Shown: in pieces, positions 7,449 to 14,738 of the stretch
How the letters are laid out: each line of letters starts with the position of its first letter
Numbering within the stretch: position 1 is the first letter of the stretch
Source of the DNA: an uncultured Clostridia bacterium
Lineage (GTDB): Bacteria > Bacillota > Clostridia > Christensenellales > Borkfalkiaceae
Direction of reading: 5' to 3'
Length of the DNA stretch: 32,000 bases
Assembly: GCA_964509935.1 (NCBI GenBank)
Contig: CAZDZH010000011.1
Coordinates: 1 to 32,000 of the forward strand
Translations under genes and position numbers: made by a program
Notes under the pieces: model-generated
Seen by the model: only the letters and a program-made list of their open reading frames with translations
What the model was told of the DNA's origin: nothing
The model's database searches: none

Positions 7449-8378
7449 ATGGACTGGTATTGGATAGCTTTAATATTAACCGTCGCGATAATCGCGCCGT
7501 TTATCCTTGCCTGTTTTACGGTTTTCTATAAAATATTCGGCAGGGGGAAAGAAGTTTCGCTCGCCGACGCCGACCTCGACGGCACGCAGTATATGCCCTA
7601 TAAGGATAAAATATGCACGGCGATAAGAGAGGTTGAGGCTTTACGTTTCAGAAAGGTACGGATAGAGAGAGAATGCAGTCTTTTCGGATATTATTACGAT
7701 TGCGGCGGTAAAAATACCGTTATTATGTTTCACGGCTACCGAGCCACGCCGTTCAATAATTTTGCCGTTTCCTGCAAAATTTTTATGGAAAAAGGCTACA
7801 ACGTGCTTATGCCCGTTCAGCGCGGACACGGCGAAAGCGGAGGAAAATTCATAACCTTCGGAGTAAAAGAACGGCTTGATTGCCTTGCCTGGACGGATTT
7901 TGCGGTTAAAGAATTAAAGCCCGAAAATATTGTTTTATACGGCGTATCTATGGGTAGTTTTTCTTTGATGTGCATATCCGACAGATTGAGCGATAAAAAC
8001 GTTAAAGCTCTTATCTGCGATTGCGGTTACCTCAACGCTTATGACGAGATAGGTCTGGAAATGAAGAGGAGAGCGGGTTTTCTTTATAAGATTATGATGC
8101 CTTTTATAAGGCTCGGCGCGATAGTATTCGGGGGATTCGACCCCGCGAAAGACAACGCGTGCGAATATCTTTCTAAGGCTTCCGTTCCCGTGTTCTTCAT
8201 ACACGGCGACGATGACAGAATTGTGCCCGTAGAGTGTGCGAAAAGGGCTTACGAAGCCTGTGATTCGCGAAAGTCTATATATTACGTGCAAAATTGCGGA
8301 CATGCCCAATCCTTTCTTGCCGACGAAGGCAAACTCAGCGAAAAGCTGTTTGATTTTCTGAACGACGCGCTTAAATAA
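7449..8378 (+). CDS. Membrane-anchored alpha/beta hydrolase (lysophospholipase/esterase-like)
   Basis: An N-terminal TM helix, the GVSMG nucleophile elbow, an HGDDDRIVP acid region and CGHAQSF His. GGAG lies 8 nt upstream of the ATG. Confidence 0.8.
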   Translation: MDWYWIALILTVAIIAPFILACFTVFYKIFGRGKEVSLADADLDGTQYMPYKDKICTAIREVEALRFRKVRIERECSLFGYYYDCGGKNTVIMFHGYRATPFNNFAVSCKIFMEKGYNVLMPVQRGHGESGGKFITFGVKERLDCLAWTDFAVKELKPENIVLYGVSMGSFSLMCISDRLSDKNVKALICDCGYLNAYDEIGLEMKRRAGFLYKIMMPFIRLGAIVFGGFDPAKDNACEYLSKASVPVFFIHGDDDRIVPVECAKRAYEACDSRKSIYYVQNCGHAQSFLADEGKLSEKLFDFLNDALK

Positions 8379-8413
8379 GCGTTGTATTATAAACCTGATT
8401 ATAAGGAGTTATT

Positions 8414-9343
8414 ATGAAAAAATTTATAGTTATGGCGGACGTGTGCTGCGATTTATCGGAAGAATTGAGAAAGCGTTTCGATATTCAATACATAAAAGGG
8501 CATATGACTCTGCCCGACGGTTCTACCGCGGAAACAACCTGCGACTGGAATACAATGGACGCAAAGCAATTTTATGCTTCGCTTAAAAACAAAAAGAACG
8601 TATATACTACCTCGCCTGCGAATATCGACGAATTTGCCAATGCATTCGAAGATTACGTTAAAGACGGTTACGACGTTCTTTGCCTTACCATTTCTTCTGC
8701 TCTTAGCGGCACTTACAGCTTCGCAAGCAAAGCGAAAGAACAGGTATTGGCTAATTATCCGGACGCTAAAATTTACGTTATCGATTCGCTGCGTTTTTCA
8801 AACGGGCTCGGGCTTCTTACTATCCACGCAAGTATTCTGCGCGAACAGGGAAAAACCATCGAAGAGACGGCGGCTTGGCTTGAAGAGAATAAAAACCGTT
8901 TCCATCAGTCGGGCTGGTTAGATGATTTGTCTTTCGTGGCGCAGAAGGGTCGAATTTCTCATAGCAAGGCTTTCTTCGGCACTTTGATTGGTATTAAACC
9001 GATAGGCGAATTTGACTATAACGGACTTACCACCGTTCTCGGCAACGCAAAGGGCGAAAAGGCGGCTTACAGCGTACTGTTAAATTACATAGAGAAGGTT
9101 ATCGAAAACCCCGAAGAGCAGATAATTCTGATTGCTCAGACCGACAGAAAGAGGCAAGCCGAAGCCTATAAAGTAATGCTGGAAGAGAAGTTCCACCCCA
9201 AGGAAATTATCATTACGGACGTTTATCCTGCGGATGGAATAAACTTAGGACCCGGACTGATGGCTGCATACTATATGGGCAAACCCATCTCCCAAGGACT
9301 TGTGGACGAGCGCGCGATAATAGAGGATTTGCTTGCGAAATAA
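8414..9343 (+). CDS. fakB: DegV-family fatty-acid-binding protein (FakB-like)
   Basis: An N-terminal VMADVCCDL block (equivalent to the DegV TDSxxDL block), SSALSGTY, and about 309 aa. A strong AAGGAG RBS is present. Confidence 0.8.
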   Translation: MKKFIVMADVCCDLSEELRKRFDIQYIKGHMTLPDGSTAETTCDWNTMDAKQFYASLKNKKNVYTTSPANIDEFANAFEDYVKDGYDVLCLTISSALSGTYSFASKAKEQVLANYPDAKIYVIDSLRFSNGLGLLTIHASILREQGKTIEETAAWLEENKNRFHQSGWLDDLSFVAQKGRISHSKAFFGTLIGIKPIGEFDYNGLTTVLGNAKGEKAAYSVLLNYIEKVIENPEEQIILIAQTDRKRQAEAYKVMLEEKFHPKEIIITDVYPADGINLGPGLMAAYYMGKPISQGLVDERAIIEDLLAK

Positions 9344-9346
9344 TTT

Positions 9347-10984
9347 ATGGATATATATAACTTAGACGGTTGCGTCTTTTACGATATGGTATGCAACGGT
9401 CTGGCAAATATCAGACTCAGCGAAATAACCATAAACAGACTCAATCTGTTCCCCGTTCCGGACGGCGATACGGGCACGAATATGCGCCTTACGTTGGAAG
9501 GAGGAGTTGCGGCTTGCAAAAAAACTCCGTCAATCGGCGAATATGCTAACAAGTTAGCCCGCGGTATGCTTATGGGCGCCAGAGGTAATTCGGGCGTAAT
9601 TCTCTCTCAGATATTCAAAGGAATCGCGCTCGCGCTTACGGATAAACAGACGGCGACTGCGATAGATTTTGCATACGCTCTGGTCAGCGGTTATAAGATG
9701 GCTTATTCGGCGGTGGTTCACCCCACCGAGGGAACTATTCTTACGGTCGCGCGAGAAGGCATAGAAAAAATCATTAACGAAATCAACGGCGCAACAACTA
9801 TAAACGCCCTGTTTACCGCATATCTGCATCAGATGGAAATAACTCTGTCACATACGCCCGAAATGTTGGAAGTATTAAGGGAAGCGGGATTCGTAGACAG
9901 CGGCGGTCAGGGATTGGTTACAATTTTCAGGGGTATGCTTAAATTCCTTACGGGCGACGTGCTGGAAACCGAACTGCCCGAACAACCTGCCGCGAATCAT
10001 GTCGACGAAGCGTCGTTTGACGCGGACAGCGAACTTGATTTCGGATATTGTACCGAGTTTATATTGCAGTTGCAGAATATAAAATGCAACCCCGCTCTGT
10101 TCGATTTAAATTGTTTTATATCCTTTCTCGAAACGCAGGGCGATTCTATCGTCGCGCTCAAAGAGGAAACGCTGGTAAAGGTGCATATACATACAAAAAT
10201 GCCCTCCGCTATTATAGCAAAAGCGCAGGAATACGGCGAGTTTATTTCGTTTAAAATGGAAAATATGGCTTTACAGCACAATGAAAATTTTACTAAAAGC
10301 CAAAGCAAAAAGTCGCATAAAGCCATTGCTTACGTCTGCGTGGCACAGGGCGACGGAATAATTTCTCTGTTTGAAAGTCTGGGGTGCGACGTGGTTCTTA
10401 ACGGCGGACAGACTATGAATACTTCCGCGGAAGAATTTGTAGACGCGATAAACAGCCTGAACGCCGATTCTGTTATCGTGATGCCGAACAATAAGAACAT
10501 AATTTCCGCAGCTTTGCAGGCGAAAGAGCTTTGCGGAAGGCAGAACGTTTACGTGCTTGAAACGCAGTCGGTAGCCGAGTGCTATTTTGCACTTTCAACA
10601 ATGCTTTCCGACGGAAGCGATTGTACGGTACAGCTTGAAGCAATGCGCCGCGGCTATCAGAACGTAACAACCGTCGCTGTGGCCAAAGCCGCCCGCGATT
10701 CTTTTGTCGGCGGAGTGGAATGTAAAGCAGGTCAGTACGTCGCCGTTTTAAACGGCAAAATAGTGTGCGCCGCAGCCGACCCGATTGTTGCGCTGCGCGA
10801 CGGTATAAAGTACGATAAATCCAACCTTGACAAAGAAATAATGCTTGTCTTTACGGGTCAGGCACTTAGCGAAGACGCCGCCGAGGGATTGGAAGAGGCG
10901 CTCTTTTCGGAATTTCCCGATATGGAAACGGGAATTATCGACGGCGGTCAGGACGTGTACGACCTTATCGTAGGGTTAAGTTGA
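9347..10984 (+). CDS. fakA: DAK2/DhaL-domain protein of the YloV/FakA type (fatty acid kinase catalytic subunit-like)
   Basis: The DhaL motif FPVPDGDTGTNM near the N-terminus, about 545 aa, and a C-terminal DegV-like half typical of YloV/FakA. The gene starts 3 nt after the DegV stop. Confidence 0.8.
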   Translation: MDIYNLDGCVFYDMVCNGLANIRLSEITINRLNLFPVPDGDTGTNMRLTLEGGVAACKKTPSIGEYANKLARGMLMGARGNSGVILSQIFKGIALALTDKQTATAIDFAYALVSGYKMAYSAVVHPTEGTILTVAREGIEKIINEINGATTINALFTAYLHQMEITLSHTPEMLEVLREAGFVDSGGQGLVTIFRGMLKFLTGDVLETELPEQPAANHVDEASFDADSELDFGYCTEFILQLQNIKCNPALFDLNCFISFLETQGDSIVALKEETLVKVHIHTKMPSAIIAKAQEYGEFISFKMENMALQHNENFTKSQSKKSHKAIAYVCVAQGDGIISLFESLGCDVVLNGGQTMNTSAEEFVDAINSLNADSVIVMPNNKNIISAALQAKELCGRQNVYVLETQSVAECYFALSTMLSDGSDCTVQLEAMRRGYQNVTTVAVAKAARDSFVGGVECKAGQYVAVLNGKIVCAAADPIVALRDGIKYDKSNLDKEIMLVFTGQALSEDAAEGLEEALFSEFPDMETGIIDGGQDVYDLIVGLS

Positions 10985-11014
10985 TTTGACTATTTGAATT
11001 TTAAATTTGTAATT

Positions 11015-11053
11015 AAATCGGGGCGAACCTTGTACCAAGGTTCGCCCCGATTT
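11015..11053. terminator. Strong bidirectional hairpin terminator between convergent operons
   Basis: A perfect 18-bp stem (aaatcggggcgaaccttg / caaggttcgccccgattt) with A/T-rich flanks on both sides. It sits between the stop at 10984 (+) and the stop at 11060 (-). Confidence 0.85.
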
Positions 11054-11059
11054 GAAAAA

Positions 11060-11902
11060 TTATCCGTTTTCTTCTATGAATTGTTTAAAATTTATAAATT
11101 CATAGCCCGTTTTTTTTAAAAATCCTATAAGCTTTCCTATTCTTTCGAGATAGTTCTTTCTGCTGCATTGGATATACAATTTATCGTGCAGGGAAAGATT
11201 ATCGGGGTAAGACAGCTTGTCTTTAAAAACCTCAAACGGGTGAACGTAGAAAAGATATGCGTCAGCGTTTTTTAAGTATCGCTTGACGGTAAACGTAATA
11301 AATGGTAATAATCTGAAATATCCCCCGCCCGAAACGGGAATGCGCCTGCCGAAATAATGCGAAGAGCAGGGTTTGAATTCGTAAAAGCCGTCGTTTTCAT
11401 AAGCGACATCGTTTAATTTTTTAAAGCGCGATAAATCTATTTTGCCTGAATTGACGGCGGGTGAAAAATCGAGGTCGCTGGAATCGTATTTAAACCCCAT
11501 AGAGTAAAGCTTTGCGACTGTTTCGTCGCTGACGCCGAAGCACGGGGCGCGGTAGCCTATAATTTTCGTTCCGAATTTTTCTTCGAGCACGCGTTTAGCG
11601 GTAACGGTATCGTTTATGAATCGCTTGTCCGACTGCGTAAGGGGCGAAACGTGGTTTAGTCCGTGTAAGGCTATTTCGTGTCCTTCTGAAATAGCATTCT
11701 TTAACTGACTGCCGCATTTATCCGCAAACGATGCAACCGTAAAAAACGTGCCTTTTATGCCGTGTTCGTTTAACAGTCCGCAAAAATCTTCTACCGACTG
11801 TTCGCATTGCGGACAGCTTTCCGGGCGGTAGTTTAATTCTTTTAAACAGCGAGCGTCGAGATAACTTTCGACGTCCATGCTCATAAACGCTAATTTACGC
11901 AT
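11060..11902 (-). CDS. Polysaccharide deacetylase (NodB fold) with a DUF3473-like C-terminal region; no signal peptide
   Basis: SMDVESY (a variant of the DVED motif 1), HEIALHGLNH (the His-His metal motif), YRAPCF and VSGGGYFRLLPF (DUF3473-type signature). It overlaps the upstream gene by 8 nt. Confidence 0.8.
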   Translation of the reverse strand: MRKLAFMSMDVESYLDARCLKELNYRPESCPQCEQSVEDFCGLLNEHGIKGTFFTVASFADKCGSQLKNAISEGHEIALHGLNHVSPLTQSDKRFINDTVTAKRVLEEKFGTKIIGYRAPCFGVSDETVAKLYSMGFKYDSSDLDFSPAVNSGKIDLSRFKKLNDVAYENDGFYEFKPCSSHYFGRRIPVSGGGYFRLLPFITFTVKRYLKNADAYLFYVHPFEVFKDKLSYPDNLSLHDKLYIQCSRKNYLERIGKLIGFLKKTGYEFINFKQFIEENG

Positions 11903-12869
11903 CGAATTTCTCTTGTATAAACTTTTGTATCGCCTCGTCGTACGCTTCTTTGTTGTTTATTCTGATATGAGAATGAGCTCCCTTATCGAACCATACGAGC
12001 TGTTTATCCGATTTACATTTGTCGTAAAGTATTTGCGCCTTTTCGGGTAAAGAAAACTTATCTTCCTTACTGTACAGGAATAGAATAGGCGCTTCAAGCT
12101 TGTCGATGCATTTTATTGGTCCGTACGTCATTCTGACGCCCGAATACAAGCGCATTATAAGCGCAATTTCCCAAATGAAAGGATAGATGGGGCGTTTTTC
12201 CTCTATCATATGGTTTTTAAAGGTTTCGTAAAAGGTAGTATACATACCGTCGGCGACTATACCCTGCATATAATCGGGGCAAGCCTTGCTAGTCAAAGCG
12301 TACAACGCCGTGGCAGAACCTATGCAAATGCCGTGCAATAAAATCTTTTTGTTCAGGAACTTATCGTGAAGGAGTTTCGCCCAGGCGAGTATATCCTTGT
12401 ATTCTTTCAGCCCGACGCAATCGTATTTTCCCTCGCTTAGACCGTGCGCCCTGTTGTCTATCACAAGCACGTTATAACCGGCTCGCTTATAGGGTTCGGA
12501 AAAATAATAGCTGTACCAAAGTGATTCAGTTCTGCCGGGTATCACTATGACTGCGCGGTCGCAGCCGAAGTCGAAGTATTCGCCGACAAGCTTAAATCCC
12601 TCGCTCGTAACCGAAACTTCTGTAATATATTCTCTGTTTTTTTCCGCCCATTGCTTGCCCGTATCGTACATCGCTACCTGTTCGGCATTGTCTGGGGCGG
12701 AGCACTCTCTTCCCCATTTTTCCGATGAGGTGCGTACGAGTTGGCTTTTATATACTTTTAAGGCAATAAACCAAGGGGGGAGAAATACGAAAACTATTAG
12801 TGCGACGAGCGCGCCGACGATAGAAAGACTTATTATCAGACCGTAGTTTGTAAGTACAGAAGTTATCAT
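11895..12869 (-). CDS. Membrane-anchored alpha/beta hydrolase with Cys at the nucleophile-elbow position
   Basis: An N-terminal TM helix. It is a paralogue of the 7449..8378 protein (GYNVLVIDNRAHGLSEGK versus GYNVLMPVQRGHGESGGK). The elbow is GICIG, with Cys182 encoded by TGC at 12324-12326, where the paralogue has GVSMG. Confidence 0.8.
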   Translation of the reverse strand: MITSVLTNYGLIISLSIVGALVALIVFVFLPPWFIALKVYKSQLVRTSSEKWGRECSAPDNAEQVAMYDTGKQWAEKNREYITEVSVTSEGFKLVGEYFDFGCDRAVIVIPGRTESLWYSYYFSEPYKRAGYNVLVIDNRAHGLSEGKYDCVGLKEYKDILAWAKLLHDKFLNKKILLHGICIGSATALYALTSKACPDYMQGIVADGMYTTFYETFKNHMIEEKRPIYPFIWEIALIMRLYSGVRMTYGPIKCIDKLEAPILFLYSKEDKFSLPEKAQILYDKCKSDKQLVWFDKGAHSHIRINNKEAYDEAIQKFIQEKFDA

Positions 12870-12884
12870 AAGTTTACCGTAAAA

Positions 12885-13955
12885 TTATTCGTATAAAGAT
12901 TTGTTTTCGGCTGTCGCGTAGCTTGTAATACAGAACGCGGTTACCGTAAAAAGGTCGGCAAGTATCTTTGAAAGAACGGGGTTTGCAGTAGAAATTAATA
13001 GCCCGCTTAGTATGCCGCAGTCAATTAAGCTTATTATCAGAGCGGTTAAAACGATTTTGATTATGCGCTTCAAAAAAGTGCGACGGTTTATTCCTCGGTA
13101 AAGAGCCGACGCTGTTATTTCTAATAGCAAGCAAAGAACCGTTGCCGCCGCGCAGCTCAGCCCGCAGCATAAAGCGGCGTAGGAGCAAGCGTCGAGAGAA
13201 AAATCGGTAACGCAGTTCTGCAAAATAAAGAAAAGCGCCAGATTGCAGATTAATGCGAAAACGAAAGGTAATGAGTACTGCATCACCACTCCGCAAATCC
13301 TGCAAAAATCCCTTACGGGTTTGAAATGGGTAGCCTGATTATTGTCTATGTAAACGGTTGCAATCGCCGTTTCTTTAATGGGAATTCCGCAACGCAGACA
13401 TCTTACGAGGACGTTCATTTCGTATTCGTACTTAGTTCCGCCTACGGATAGCATAAACGGCAGGAGTTCGCTTCCGAAAGCGCGCAGACCCGTCTGCGTA
13501 TCGTGCAATCGCCTGTGGTCGCAAAGCCTAAGTAGACCTCTTGCAACAACGTTTCCGAACGTGGATTTAAAGGGGATTTTACCTTCAAATTTTCTGCTGC
13601 CGAGCACAAGTCCGCAGCCTGTTTGCATGTATGTTTGAGCAACTTTGAGAATATCTTCGGGTTTGTGTTGTCCGTCGGCGTCTGCCGTAACTATTACCTT
13701 TTCTCCGCTTTGCGAAAGTATATGATAAAACGCCGTTTTTAACGCAGCGCCTTTGCCTGCGTTTGTCGGGTGTTTCAACAGCGTTAAATTATCGTATTCT
13801 TCGGCTCTTTCAAATATTTCCTGCGAACCGCGCGAGCCGTCGTCCACAAGAATGACCGAGCATCCCTTTAATGTGGCGGTTATGCCGTCGAGAACCTGCA
13901 AAAGCGATTCGTTCGGCTCGTAGGCGGGAATAACCACCGCAATTTCTCTTTTCAT
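12885..13955 (-). CDS. GT2-family glycosyltransferase (GtrB/DPM1-like polyprenyl-phosphate sugar synthase type) fused to a 4-TM GtrA-like C-terminal domain
   Basis: VVIPAYEPNES, ILVDDGS, TADADGQH (DxD) and DTQTGLRAF. The C-terminal approx. 130 aa form four hydrophobic helices. I trimmed the start to ATG 13955 (MKREIAVV), which has GGAGA 8 nt upstream. Confidence 0.8.
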   Translation of the reverse strand: MKREIAVVIPAYEPNESLLQVLDGITATLKGCSVILVDDGSRGSQEIFERAEEYDNLTLLKHPTNAGKGAALKTAFYHILSQSGEKVIVTADADGQHKPEDILKVAQTYMQTGCGLVLGSRKFEGKIPFKSTFGNVVARGLLRLCDHRRLHDTQTGLRAFGSELLPFMLSVGGTKYEYEMNVLVRCLRCGIPIKETAIATVYIDNNQATHFKPVRDFCRICGVVMQYSLPFVFALICNLALFFILQNCVTDFSLDACSYAALCCGLSCAAATVLCLLLEITASALYRGINRRTFLKRIIKIVLTALIISLIDCGILSGLLISTANPVLSKILADLFTVTAFCITSYATAENKSLYE

Positions 13956-13983
13956 ATTTTTTTCTCCGAATCCGTATGTTATT

Positions 13984-14012
13984 ATAATACCACACATAAA
14001 CGTTAAAATCAA
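13984..14012 (-). promoter_or_regulatory. Candidate promoter of the GT2-hydrolase-deacetylase operon (TTGATT - 17 nt - TGgTATTAT)
   Basis: On the minus strand, TTGATT is plus-strand aatcaa at 14007-14012 and TATTAT is plus-strand ataata at 13984-13989, with a 17-nt spacer. Confidence 0.5.
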
Positions 14013-14052
14013 TTCAAAGAAAGGTATAAGATAAAAATAGTAAAACTTGAAA

Positions 14053-14081
14053 TTGACAAATCTGGTAACATATAGTATAAT
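14053..14081 (+). promoter_or_regulatory. Consensus promoter (TTGACA - 17 nt - TATAAT) for the N/G/Y-rich membrane protein gene
   Basis: TTGACA at 14053-14058 and TATAAT at 14076-14081, with an exact 17-nt spacer. It is divergent from the GT2 operon promoter. Confidence 0.75.
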
Positions 14082-14106
14082 AAAATCGCAAATAAAGGAG
14101 GAATAT

Positions 14107-14712
14107 ATGAACGATCAGGAAAAGAACGACGAGCTGTTCGGTTTCGACAACGCAAACGGCGTAAATCCTAACGGAAATTACGGCAATCAAAGTCAGTCTG
14201 CTGGCGGAAATTATTACAATAACGGTTATAATAATCCCAATAACGGCAATAACGGTTATTATGGTAATAATAACAACTATAACGGCGGTTATAACGGGAA
14301 TAATTATAACGGCAATAACTACGGCGGCAACAACTATTATAACAATAACGGCAATAATTCCGGAGACGATCCCGGTCCTTGGAAGGTTTTTGCTATCGTT
14401 GGGTTCAGTATTGGCATAGTTGCTATCGTTCTCGGCGGTTTAGCGGGATTGTATTCATTTCTCGCTTTAATCAATATAAATTCTCAAAACGTCAACTATG
14501 CGCTTTTTGCATCGTTGAGCGTCCTCTTTTTTATATATGGAATAGCGTCGGGCGTGCCTGCTATCGTTTTTTCCGTGCTGGGATTAAGGTCAACCCGTCG
14601 CGTAGATAAGGCAAAGACGGGCTTGATACTTTCAGTAGTGGGGACGGGAATTGCTTTTGTTTCTTTTATAATGGCGATAGCAATTATCCCTACTATAGCT
14701 ACGTTTATTTAA
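14107..14712 (+). CDS. Membrane protein with an Asn/Gly/Tyr-rich low-complexity N-terminus and a 4-TM C-terminal domain (DUF4190-like architecture)
   Basis: I trimmed the start to ATG 14107, which has AAAGGAGG 6 nt upstream. About 85 residues consist almost entirely of N, G and Y (e.g. NGNNYGGNNYYNNNGNN), followed by four hydrophobic helices. Confidence 0.7.
   Translation: MNDQEKNDELFGFDNANGVNPNGNYGNQSQSAGGNYYNNGYNNPNNGNNGYYGNNNNYNGGYNGNNYNGNNYGGNNYYNNNGNNSGDDPGPWKVFAIVGFSIGIVAIVLGGLAGLYSFLALININSQNVNYALFASLSVLFFIYGIASGVPAIVFSVLGLRSTRRVDKAKTGLILSVVGTGIAFVSFIMAIAIIPTIATFI
14149..14364 (+). repeat. Degenerate codon-level repeat tract (AAT/AAC-GGC-TAT units) encoding the N/G/Y-rich region
   Basis: Reiterated aataacggc, aattataac and ggcaataac units lie in frame inside the CDS. 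Confidence 0.6.
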
Positions 14713-14738
14713 ATTAAACTTTCTTCCGGTGATTATTT

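Noticed and set aside
8574-8921. A 115-aa same-strand alternative-frame ORF inside the DegV gene
   Set aside because: It lies entirely within a well-supported CDS. Its composition is Arg/Leu/Thr-rich, typical of an off-frame translation, and it has no RBS.
14149-14364. Repetitive aataacggc/aattataac DNA, considered as a CRISPR array or non-coding tandem repeat
   Set aside because: There is no repeat-spacer periodicity. The units are degenerate codon repeats in frame within an ORF that has a strong promoter, an RBS and a downstream TM domain.
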